A stretch of 58,241 nucleotides of DNA from an uncultured Coriobacteriia bacterium (GTDB lineage: Bacteria; Actinomycetota; Coriobacteriia; Coriobacteriales; CAZMJV01), in assembly GCA_964566905.1 (NCBI GenBank), contig CAZMJV010000005.1:1-58241 (forward strand), read 5' to 3'. Shown here in pieces: positions 18,917 to 27,133 of the stretch (positions are counted from its first letter, which is position 1; each line of letters begins with the position of its first letter). The notes beneath the pieces were generated by a model. It saw only the letters and a program-made list of their open reading frames with translations. It did no database searches and had not been told where the DNA came from. Both the position numbers and the translations under genes were made by a program.

Positions 18917-19789
18917 TTAACGAATGCCGGCCCCACGGAGGATGCGAGGCACTGCCTCGTCCGCGCCGAGCGGCATGATGTGGATGCCGTCGGCCACCTC
19001 GCGGATCACCTTGGCCTGCTCGATCGCCAGCGCGATGGCCTCTTCATACGGGTCTTCAGCTCCGAGGATGCGCGCCTCGACATGAGGCGGGACGGAGAGT
19101 CCTGCAAGGCGACGGTTGATGAAGTTGATGACCCCCGCGCTCTTGAGGAGCAGGATGCCCGCGACGACTTTGACGCCCATCGAACGGATCTCCTCGATGC
19201 GCGGCGCGAACTTCTCGATGTCCATGACCGCCTGAGTCTGGAAGAACTCCGCTCCCGCCTCGATCTTGCGGGCCGCGCGGGCGCGCTGGATCTCCCAAGG
19301 CTCGGCCTCTGGGAACACCGCCGCACCGATGAAGAAGTCGGTACCGCCCATCAACTCCTTGCCGTTCATCGCCACGCCCTCGTTAAGGCCCTTGGCTGCA
19401 GCGATGAGTTGCGTGGAGTCGAGGTCGTAGATGCCGTGCGTCTGCGGGTGATCGCCGCCGCGGGTGTCGTCGCCGGTGACGATCAGGACGTTCTCCAACC
19501 CCAGGGTCCATGCGGCGAGCAGGTCGGACTGCAGCGCAAGACGATTGCGGTCGCGGCAGGTCTGCTGAAAGATCGGCTCGAGCCCCATATCGAGAACGGC
19601 GCGGGAAGCAGCGAGCGAGGAGAGATGGAGCGTCGCGCCCTGATTGTCCGTCACGTTCGCGGCGTCACAGTAGGGAGCGATCAGCTCGACGCTGCGCCTC
19701 ATCTCCGAATAGTCCGTGCCCGCGGGAGGCGAAACCTCGCCGGTGACCACGAACTCGCCGGCATTGAGCTTATCGCGAAAGATTCCCAT
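18917..19789 (-). CDS. metF: Methylenetetrahydrofolate reductase, MetF (anaerobe MetVF type)
   Basis: The MTHFR fold signature is FVVTGEVSPPAGTD...ANVTDNQGA...LIVTGDD. The start is set at ATG 19789 (MGIFRDKL) after GGGGAGGGGAG. It overlaps the metV 3' end by 20 nt. Confidence 0.88.
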   Translation of the reverse strand: MGIFRDKLNAGEFVVTGEVSPPAGTDYSEMRRSVELIAPYCDAANVTDNQGATLHLSSLAASRAVLDMGLEPIFQQTCRDRNRLALQSDLLAAWTLGLENVLIVTGDDTRGGDHPQTHGIYDLDSTQLIAAAKGLNEGVAMNGKELMGGTDFFIGAAVFPEAEPWEIQRARAARKIEAGAEFFQTQAVMDIEKFAPRIEEIRSMGVKVVAGILLLKSAGVINFINRRLAGLSVPPHVEARILGAEDPYEEAIALAIEQAKVIREVADGIHIMPLGADEAVPRILRGAGIR

Positions 19790-20456
19790 CGCTCCCCTCC
19801 CCGTTTTTCCGCTCACGGGTGGTGTGGGAGCCCGGGTGCAGTTTCGGCGTGTTATCGCTTACAGGCCGCGCAGCCGGCATCGGCCGCCCTTGCTCCTGGA
19901 GCCTGCGGTAGATGAGCACATGGACGCACTCGCGATCGTTGAGGACCTCGCAGCGGCCATCCCACATGCCTCCGCACGGACCGTTGACGATGCCCTTGGG
20001 GCATGCGGTGAGAGGACAGATGCCCGCGGTCTTGTCCAAACCGCAGGTGCCGCAGAGTTGGCAGCGCTCGACGTACGATCCGTGTCGCACGGAGTTGCCG
20101 ACGAACAGCGAATCGAGCCCTGGGAACACAGGGATCGACGGAACGATGTCCGCGACGACCTGTACTCCCGAACCGCAGGAGAGGACGACTACGGCATCGG
20201 CCTTCTCGGCCATTCCTGATTTGCGAACCTGGAGGCTGACCGCAGGGATGTTGCAGGTCGACTCGGGCACGAACGACCCGGTGACTTCGAAGCCGGCCTC
20301 CTCCAAGGTGGTCGCCAGCTGGGCGACCTGGGGCTCGCCGCCCGCATCGGCGGATGTGGCGCAGCTGCCGCACCCGACGATGAACACGCGTCGAGCGTCG
20401 ACGGAAGCGAGGTTCTCGAGGATTCTCTCTATGGGTCGGGGCTTGGTTACGATCAT
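19770..20456 (-). CDS. metV: MTHFR small subunit MetV (MTHFR_C domain, Cys-rich)
   Basis: The signature is CPLTACPKGIVNGPCGGMWDGRCEV..ECVHVL. The start ATG 20456 (MIVTKPRPIERILE) overlaps the metH stop (ATGA). Confidence 0.85.
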   Translation of the reverse strand: MIVTKPRPIERILENLASVDARRVFIVGCGSCATSADAGGEPQVAQLATTLEEAGFEVTGSFVPESTCNIPAVSLQVRKSGMAEKADAVVVLSCGSGVQVVADIVPSIPVFPGLDSLFVGNSVRHGSYVERCQLCGTCGLDKTAGICPLTACPKGIVNGPCGGMWDGRCEVLNDRECVHVLIYRRLQEQGRPMPAARPVSDNTPKLHPGSHTTRERKNGEGSDGNLSR

Positions 20457-22891
20457 CCGTTCCTGCCCTTTCCTGCCGCGACGGCGCTTCGGACTGCGTT
20501 TACGCACGAGGGCGCATCGGAAGAATACCCTGCCCCGATGGACTCCGCCCACGAGGAGGTGACGACCGCTCCGCCCACGAGCACCGGCAAGCCGGGACGC
20601 TCGTCTTTGAGAAGGGCAACAGTATCACGCATGGCGGGGAGTGTGGTAGTCATGAGCGCCGAGAGGCAGACAGCGTCGGCCTCGGCGGATGCTTCCAGAA
20701 CCCGCTCGGGCGTCACGTCGACGCCGAGGTCCCTGACGGCGAAGCCCTGGCTCTCGAGCATGGACACGCAGATGTCCTTGCCGATGGAGTGGATGTCGCC
20801 CTTGACCGTGCAGAAGACGACGGTTCCCTCTGATGCGGCGTCCGAGTCGGGCAGGAGTTCCTTGACACGTGCCACGGCGGCCTTCATCGCCTCGGCCGCG
20901 ACCATCATCTGAGGGAGGAACACCTCACCGCGTCCGAAGGCGTCTCCGAGCGACTGGATCGCCGGGGTGAGCACCGAAGAGATGACTGCTGTCGCCGGAA
21001 GTCCGGCGGCGATGACCTCGTCGACGAGACGAGGAGCCGAGTCGGTGTCGCCGCGCAGAACCGCCGTCGAGAGGGCCTCGACCGCCGAGGGCGCCTCCCG
21101 GTGCTCGGAGGTCGGCGTGAGGGCGGTCGCGCCGGCGGCGGCAGCGGCTAGGGCGGTCGCATACGCGGCATCCCACTCGACGAGGGCGTCGTCGAGCGAG
21201 CGTCGAGGCGACGCGGTGTCGGCGACGCGGATTGCTTCGACAACGAGCGAGTCGTTGGGATTCATGATCGCTCCGTCGAGGCCCGCGGCGACCGCCGCCC
21301 CCACGAAAGCTGAGTTGAGGAGCGGGCGCATGGGCAGCCCGTGGCTGACGTTGGAGACACCCAGGATCGTCGCGAGACCCATCTCCTCGACGGTCGCGAG
21401 CGCGTGCAGCGTGGTCGCCGGGGCGGTCGTATCGGTCGCCGAGGTCATGACGAGCGTGTCGACGACGAGGTCGGAATCCTTGAGTCCGTAGTTGTGAGCG
21501 ACTCTGCGAATGCGCTCGACTACCGCCACGCGTCCCTCGACGGTCGTCGGGATGCCCTCGTCATCGAGCGCGAGGACGACGACTGCGGCGCCGTACTTCT
21601 TGACGAGCGGGAGAACCGCCTCCATCGAGGCGCGCTCCCCGTTGACGGAGTTCACGAGCGCACGGCCGGGATAGATGCGAAGGGCGCGCTCGAGCGCGAC
21701 GAAGTCGGTTGTGTCGATCACAAGCGGAGTCGCCGAGGTCGCCGTGAGGGCGAGGACCGCGCGCGGAAGCACGTCGGCCGCCTCGACTCCCGCTGCTCCG
21801 ACGTTGACGTCGAGCAGGTCCGCCCCCGCCGCGTCCTGCTCGGATGCGAGCGAGCGGACGACCGACATCGAGCCCTCACGCAGGGAATCTGCAAGGAACT
21901 TCTTGCCGGTGGGGTTGATGCGTTCGCCGATGATGCGAACCGGAGACTTTCCTCCGAGCTCCACCCAACCGCGCGGCCCCGCCAGTACGGTGGCGCGGTC
22001 GATCTTCGGGCGGGGCACCGCGTCGCGGTCTGCGACTTGGACATAGATGGCTCCGGTGAACGCCGGCGTGGAACCGCAGCACGAACCGATGAGGCTCGCA
22101 CCGACTTCACGGAACTTCTCGGCCCAGTGGGCCATCTCGTCGGGCGTTCCGGGGAAGACCGTCTTTCCCGAGGCGTCGAGCGTCGGCAGACCGGCGTTCG
22201 GCTGCACGATGAGCGGAAGGTCGGTCGCGGAGGCCATGCGCTCCAAGAGGGGGAACATCTGCTCCGGACCGAGGCCGCAGTTCAGGCCGATCGCGTCGGC
22301 TCCCGCCGCGGTGAGGACGATAGCGGCGGTCTCGGGGTCCGTACCCGAGAGGTCCATGCGCCCGGAGAGTCCGAAGGTGCAGGTGACAAACACGGGGAGA
22401 GCGCAGCTCGACTTGGCCGCGAGGACGGCGCACCGCGCCTCCGCGATGTCGGTCATCGTCTCGATGAGTATCGCGTCGGGGTGCTCGGACGCGAGTGCGG
22501 TGACCTGCTCGGCGAAGAGGTCGAATACCTGCTCGAACGTCGCTGTTCCGAGCGGCTCCATCACAAGCCCGGTGGGGCCGACGTCGGCGAGGATGTGCTG
22601 CGGCTTCTCGGAGCGTGCGAGACGCACGGCCGCGCGGTTGAGCTCCTCGACGCGATCGGCGAGCCCGTGCTCGGCGAGCTTCACGCGCGTGCCCCCGAAC
22701 GTGTTCGTGACCACGCAGTCGGCGCCGGCCATGAGGTAGTAGCGGTGGACCTCCGAGACCATCTCGGGGGCGGTCACGTTGAGAAGCTCCGGGCACTCGC
22801 CCGGCTCCATCCCGGCGCGCTGGAGCATTGTGCCCATGGCGCCTTCGATGACGAGCATGTCGCGTCCGAGACGCAGGCGGATATCGGGCAT
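20453..22891 (-). CDS. metH: Cobalamin-dependent methionine synthase lacking the C-terminal AdoMet reactivation domain
   Basis: It has an Hcy-methyltransferase domain (GAMGTML.., GSCCGSTP), a pterin-binding domain and a B12-binding GDIHSIGK (DxHxxG). The protein ends right after the B12 domain. The start ATG 22891 (MPDIRLRLG) overlaps the upstream TAA by 1 nt. Confidence 0.92.
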   Translation of the reverse strand: MPDIRLRLGRDMLVIEGAMGTMLQRAGMEPGECPELLNVTAPEMVSEVHRYYLMAGADCVVTNTFGGTRVKLAEHGLADRVEELNRAAVRLARSEKPQHILADVGPTGLVMEPLGTATFEQVFDLFAEQVTALASEHPDAILIETMTDIAEARCAVLAAKSSCALPVFVTCTFGLSGRMDLSGTDPETAAIVLTAAGADAIGLNCGLGPEQMFPLLERMASATDLPLIVQPNAGLPTLDASGKTVFPGTPDEMAHWAEKFREVGASLIGSCCGSTPAFTGAIYVQVADRDAVPRPKIDRATVLAGPRGWVELGGKSPVRIIGERINPTGKKFLADSLREGSMSVVRSLASEQDAAGADLLDVNVGAAGVEAADVLPRAVLALTATSATPLVIDTTDFVALERALRIYPGRALVNSVNGERASMEAVLPLVKKYGAAVVVLALDDEGIPTTVEGRVAVVERIRRVAHNYGLKDSDLVVDTLVMTSATDTTAPATTLHALATVEEMGLATILGVSNVSHGLPMRPLLNSAFVGAAVAAGLDGAIMNPNDSLVVEAIRVADTASPRRSLDDALVEWDAAYATALAAAAAGATALTPTSEHREAPSAVEALSTAVLRGDTDSAPRLVDEVIAAGLPATAVISSVLTPAIQSLGDAFGRGEVFLPQMMVAAEAMKAAVARVKELLPDSDAASEGTVVFCTVKGDIHSIGKDICVSMLESQGFAVRDLGVDVTPERVLEASAEADAVCLSALMTTTLPAMRDTVALLKDERPGLPVLVGGAVVTSSWAESIGAGYSSDAPSCVNAVRSAVAAGKGRNG

Positions 22892-23274
22892 TAGCCCTCC
22901 TCGAAGGGGTCGGGAGTGCCGGTGGTTCCGGCCGTATCGGGAAGCCCCGCGATGGTGCGCGACGCCATGAAACGCATCGAGAGGAAGTACAGGAACGCGA
23001 GCATGAAGAGCTCGAAGAACGTCGAGAAGCCCATCACGGCGAGAAACCTCCGCCACTCGCCCGAGGCGACCGCGTAGACCATGGTCCCGAGCCCGCCGAG
23101 AACGAACAGCGCCGAGCAGAGGTTCGCGAACCTCCGCGCCCATGCCTTCGTCTTCTTCCGGGCGATCGGGTAGAGGAAGAGGAGCAGCGTCGGGGCGATG
23201 AGCGCTATCAGGAACCCGACCTGGATGAAGGCGAAATCGGAGATCTGGTAGTTGTAGGTGCCGAAGCCCTGCAT
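22891..23274 (-). CDS. Hypothetical 127-aa 4-TM membrane protein, translationally coupled to metH
   Basis: GAGGAGGAA precedes ATG 23274 (MQGFGTYNYQISDF..). It has four hydrophobic segments. The junction with metH is TAATG. Confidence 0.65.
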   Translation of the reverse strand: MQGFGTYNYQISDFAFIQVGFLIALIAPTLLLFLYPIARKKTKAWARRFANLCSALFVLGGLGTMVYAVASGEWRRFLAVMGFSTFFELFMLAFLYFLSMRFMASRTIAGLPDTAGTTGTPDPFEEG

Positions 23275-23358
23275 GCGTTCCTCCTCGTGATTTCTAAGCC
23301 TGCCGACCTGCGCGAAGAGCACACTGCAATTCGGCAAATGGTACCGCGTGGGGGGTTC

Positions 23359-24414
23359 TCAGGTCAAAACCCGCGAGTCCCCGAAACGCGCTCGAATCAG
23401 GCGTTCGGCCGACTCGTCGCTCGTGACGACGTAGAGGTACTCGGTGTTGCGCAGGTGACTCACGGCGCCGACCTTCTCCCCCGCCGGGCTGTAGATGCCG
23501 ATCTGGGCGCCAACGTAGCGCTTGAAGTCGACCTCCACGACGACCACATGGCCCAGTGTTCGGAGGAACTCCTCCATCTCCTCGCGCGGCACGTACCCCT
23601 CGTCGCTGAAGGAGACGATGAGGTGCTGTGCCTCGATCGCCTGCAGCACCTCCTTGAGCGCGGGAAACGCACGCGGCTTGGAGTTGAAGACGCTCTTTCG
23701 CTCGCGCACGTCGACCCGCTTGCAGGCGATGCCGTAGACCTCGGGTTTGTCCCACAACACGAGCGACTCCCAGATGTGGTAGTTGCCCCGGTAGCTGTGC
23801 TGGTTGTAGGGAGGATCGAGGTAGACGACGTCGGTCCGAGCCGCGCGCGCGGCGTCGATCGCGTCGAGGTTGGTGGCCTGTCCCGGTCCTGGCAGGAGCG
23901 TCGGCACGCGGAGCTCGAGGTCGTTGTGGGCCCGCTTGGCCCACTGCTTCAGATACGCCATCTGAACGCCTGTGGTCGAATCGACCCGGTCGGCAGCCTC
24001 CATGAGAGAGACGAGCGCCACGGCCTCGAGGTCCTCATCGAGATCCATGCTCGCGATCCGCTCCCGAATCGCGTCGATCATCGCGCCGTTCTTGGGATGG
24101 AAGAACCGCGACCGCTCGCAGAACGTCTCAGTGAAATACCCCGGCTCGGGACGGGTGGTCGCAAGGTCAGCAATGAGCGACCGTGCCCTGACCGCGATCT
24201 TGTCGGCATCCGCCTGCACGTAGCAGCGGGCGAGGGTGTGCGCATAGGCGTTGTGGTCGTTTGAGACGACCCGGAGACCAGCGCCCTTGAGCGCGTGCCC
24301 GACACGCGAGGTTCCCGAGAACAGATCGGTGACCGAGGTCACATCCGGGATGGCCGTGACGAGCTCGGTGATGAGCGGCACGAGCGTGCGCTTCGAGCCG
24401 AGATACTTGATCAC
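23359..24414 (-). CDS. N6-adenine DNA methyltransferase, D12 (Dam-like, alpha) class
   Basis: Motifs are MIKYLGSKR at the N-terminus, motif I DLFSGTSRVG and motif IV VVYLDPPYN. It starts with GTG. No restriction endonuclease candidate is adjacent. Confidence 0.88.
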   Translation of the reverse strand: MIKYLGSKRTLVPLITELVTAIPDVTSVTDLFSGTSRVGHALKGAGLRVVSNDHNAYAHTLARCYVQADADKIAVRARSLIADLATTRPEPGYFTETFCERSRFFHPKNGAMIDAIRERIASMDLDEDLEAVALVSLMEAADRVDSTTGVQMAYLKQWAKRAHNDLELRVPTLLPGPGQATNLDAIDAARAARTDVVYLDPPYNQHSYRGNYHIWESLVLWDKPEVYGIACKRVDVRERKSVFNSKPRAFPALKEVLQAIEAQHLIVSFSDEGYVPREEMEEFLRTLGHVVVVEVDFKRYVGAQIGIYSPAGEKVGAVSHLRNTEYLYVVTSDESAERLIRARFGDSRVLT

Positions 24415-24454
24415 GACGCCCGCCGTCCCTCGTCGCGCCGAGTCGCCGAGTCGC

Positions 24455-24991
24455 TCATCTCACCCGCGTGACGATATGCGGCTCATGCGGGGTCTTCTCC
24501 ATCGGACCTGAGGCGACGCCCACGACGAGCGCTGCCTCGACCTCGAAGCCCGCGGGAATTCCGACGGCGCGTTTCAGATCGGGGGCGTTGCTCCCGCGAA
24601 ACGCAAGGAGTGCGGAGTCGACCGGGCACGAACCGAGACCGAGCGCGCTTGCGGCGATCCCCATCGTGACCGCGGATGCCACGGAGTCGTCGTGATGCCC
24701 ACGAGACGAGGGATTTGCGGAGACCAGGATCAACATCGGCGCACCGTACAGCGGTTCGTCTCCGATATCCATCCCTTCGGCAAGCCCCGCCCCGACCGCT
24801 CCGAGGATCGCGTCCTCGATGCCGTCGAGCACGGACGTGGTCTCTATCACCGAGATGTGCAGCGGTGGGTTCTCGCAGGGCGCGCTCAAGCCTGCGGCGA
24901 TGATCTTCTCGGTCTGGGTCTCGAGGACCTCCTCGCCACTGTACGTGTGAACGGTGTGACGATCGAGGATCGCCTCCATCAGGTCGCTCAT
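24455..24991 (-). CDS. Nitroreductase-family flavoprotein
   Basis: MSDLMEAILDRHTVHTYSGEEV..IIAAGLSAPCENPP.. matches the nitroreductase pattern. AAAGGGGAG precedes ATG 24991. I rejected the longer ORF-track start. Confidence 0.65.
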   Translation of the reverse strand: MSDLMEAILDRHTVHTYSGEEVLETQTEKIIAAGLSAPCENPPLHISVIETTSVLDGIEDAILGAVGAGLAEGMDIGDEPLYGAPMLILVSANPSSRGHHDDSVASAVTMGIAASALGLGSCPVDSALLAFRGSNAPDLKRAVGIPAGFEVEAALVVGVASGPMEKTPHEPHIVTRVR

Positions 24992-25218
24992 GACTCCCCT
25001 TTCATCGGCTCTCGCCACCATTCTAGCGTGCGGGCACAAACCTCTTCGCGACGGTGCGGGGTTGCGGCCCCCTGCTTCGGTCGACGGCGCACGCAACGCG
25101 ACGGCAACGCCGGGGGCCCCGACTTCATAACAACTCCATTTCCACCTCATGAATTGACGACGAACGAGACGGATAATGTCTTTGGCTGAGGATCGCAACC
25201 CTTCCGATTCTCACAGGC

Positions 25219-25231
25219 TACGTAATACGTA
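25219..25231. promoter_or_regulatory. TACGTA-A-TACGTA tandem palindromic hexamers
   Basis: tacgtaatacgta lies in the AT-richer divergent intergenic region between the nitroreductase and adhesin genes. Function is unknown. Confidence 0.25.
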
Positions 25232-25266
25232 ACCTCGGTGGAGACACCGCAACCCCCTCCTTGTGA

Positions 25267-25301
25267 GAGCGACCCGGTCCCCGCCGGGTCGCTCGCCTTT
25301 T
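25267..25301 (+). terminator. Intrinsic-terminator-like hairpin inside the adhesin 5' region
   Basis: gagcgacccgg-tccccg-ccgggtcgctc is a perfect 11-bp GC-rich stem followed by gccTTTT. No plus-strand gene lies upstream, so it is either a leader attenuator or the 3' end of an sRNA. Confidence 0.45.
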
Positions 25302-25428
25302 CGGGCCGATTTCGGACTCGTTCACCTCAGGGCTTGATTTTGGATCGCTCTCGGGCGCACCGCGACGCTAGCGTCGGCAGCCCACGATCCATCACGAGGC
25401 CTTCGCGGCCCTGAGGTTAGGACAGCCC

Positions 25429-27057
25429 ATGCACCGACATCCTTGTCACCGAATTCTCGGCCTTCTCTCTTTGGTCGCCCTTCTGATCACTTCGATGCCG
25501 ACACTCGCCCGTGCTCGCGCATTCTCATCGGAAGAGGGGAATGCGTACCTGGGCTATCGGGGACCTACAGGCGAGGGCGCGCTCGGCGGATTCCGACTCC
25601 TGTCGGATGCGGGCACCTTCGCCTACTGCATGGATAGCGCCGCGTCCCTCCCTGCTGGCCAAACCTACGCGCGACAGGGCGCGCCATCCCTCCCTCTCGC
25701 ACGTATCGTCGCGGCAGGTTATCCCGCCCGAGATTCAGCCTTCGGGGTCTCTGGAGATGAACTGCGGTACGCCACTCAGGTCGCAATCTGGCAGCACCTC
25801 TCCCAGATCCGCTCGGTCGACGTGACGCGGTCTGCGGAGCCGGGATTCGGAGAGTCCTATGAGCGGATCAGGTCCGCGGTCGATGCGTTGCTCGCCGAGG
25901 GCTGGACCGAGAATCCGGTGCCCGCCATCTATCCGGAACAGTGCGAGGCGGTCATGCTCGACAACGGGTCGCTCGTCGCCGGCCCCTACTCGGTCCAGGT
26001 CGAGCTGGCTGGGCCAACCTACCAGGTAGAGGTCGCGGAGACCGCATCCAGGTGCTTCCCGTGCGACGCGTCGGGGGCTGCCCGATCGACGTTCTCCTCC
26101 GATGAGGAGTTCTACCTCCGCCTCGATGCCGGCGCAGCCCTCCGGAGTCTCGATGCGACCGTGTCACTCACCGCGACCAACGTGAGCGTGACCGAGTGGG
26201 AGGCTCCCGACGCCCTGTTGCAGGACGTGCTCGAGGTTGAGACGACGCAGACCGCGATCGCGCTCAAAGCCCAGGCCGTCTGCACCGAGCTCGTTGTCCT
26301 CAAGTCCGCAGAGGACGGTGTTCCGGTGACAGGAACTCGATTCAGGATCCAAGACGCCAAAGGCGGATATGACGCCGTGCACGAGATCGCCGAGGGCGAC
26401 CGCGTCAGCATCGTCGGCTTGAGGGCAGGCACGTACACGGTTGAGGAGGTCGACGTCCCGTCGCGCTATCGGGTTCCGTTGGCTCAGGCTGTATCGCTCA
26501 CTCGAGGTGGGACGACTCAGGTCCTCGTGCGCAACGACCTCATCAGGGGAGCCTTCTCGATTGAGAAACGCGACGCTCGGACCGGTGCACCGCTCGCCGA
26601 GGCGTCGTTCGTGCTCGAGGCGCCCACGGCGAGCGGCACATGGGAGGTGGCAGCGGCGGGCGACACGGACGAGAGCGGTGAGCTCGTGTTCGGCGGGCTC
26701 GTGGCAGGCCGATACCGTGTCCGGGAGGTCTCTGCTCCGAGGGGATACCTCCTCGCCGAAGCAGACACCACGCGCGAGTTCGTGATCGACGAAGACGGCG
26801 AGGTCGTCACGATGGAGTTCACAAACGAACCCCTCGTTTTGCCCTCGCTCCCACCCGAGGTCGACCCAGAGGGCGACGATCTCATCGTAGGCGGCCCCAT
26901 CCCCGAGGAGGCGATCCCCGACGGGACGCCCCGCGTAGGAACGATTCCCGCGACCGGCGACTCACGCGCAGTCCTTGTCACTCTTATCCTTCTGTGTTCG
27001 CTGTCCGCCACATCGGCATTGTTCGCCGCGCGTGCCAAGTCGGTCGCGCACCGCTGA
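25429..27057 (+). CDS. Thioester-domain (TQXA) surface adhesin with SpaA/Cna-B-like domains and IPATG sorting signal
   Basis: It has a signal peptide. The thioester Cys context is GTFAYCMDSAAS and the Gln motif is YATQVAIWQH. Prealbumin-like repeats are present (GTRFRIQDAKGG..YTVEEVDVPSRY; ASFVLEA..GELVFGGLVAGRYRVREVSAPRGYLL). The C-terminus is IPATGDS, a hydrophobic stretch and a basic tail. Confidence 0.88.
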   Translation: MHRHPCHRILGLLSLVALLITSMPTLARARAFSSEEGNAYLGYRGPTGEGALGGFRLLSDAGTFAYCMDSAASLPAGQTYARQGAPSLPLARIVAAGYPARDSAFGVSGDELRYATQVAIWQHLSQIRSVDVTRSAEPGFGESYERIRSAVDALLAEGWTENPVPAIYPEQCEAVMLDNGSLVAGPYSVQVELAGPTYQVEVAETASRCFPCDASGAARSTFSSDEEFYLRLDAGAALRSLDATVSLTATNVSVTEWEAPDALLQDVLEVETTQTAIALKAQAVCTELVVLKSAEDGVPVTGTRFRIQDAKGGYDAVHEIAEGDRVSIVGLRAGTYTVEEVDVPSRYRVPLAQAVSLTRGGTTQVLVRNDLIRGAFSIEKRDARTGAPLAEASFVLEAPTASGTWEVAAAGDTDESGELVFGGLVAGRYRVREVSAPRGYLLAEADTTREFVIDEDGEVVTMEFTNEPLVLPSLPPEVDPEGDDLIVGGPIPEEAIPDGTPRVGTIPATGDSRAVLVTLILLCSLSATSALFAARAKSVAHR

Positions 27058-27085
27058 AGCCGAAACACTACCTGAGAACAACGAA

Positions 27086-27111
27086 GACGGGGCGCCATAA
27101 GGCGCCCCGTC
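27086..27111. terminator. Bidirectional terminator hairpin between convergent genes
   Basis: gacggggcgcc-ataa-ggcgccccgtc is a perfect 11-bp stem. It lies between the adhesin stop (27057) and the stop of the minus-strand gene at 27134. Confidence 0.6.
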
Positions 27112-27133
27112 TGCTGAGTCTCTTTGGAGAACG

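Noticed and set aside
25130-25301. c-di-GMP (GEMM-I/II) riboswitch or a sigma-70-type promoter (TTGACG 25154..25159 / GATAAT 25172..25177) upstream of the adhesin
   Set aside because: I could not align the region to the riboswitch consensus sequences I remember. The two hexamers are only 12 nt apart, too close for a canonical promoter. I kept it only as an unexplained structured leader.
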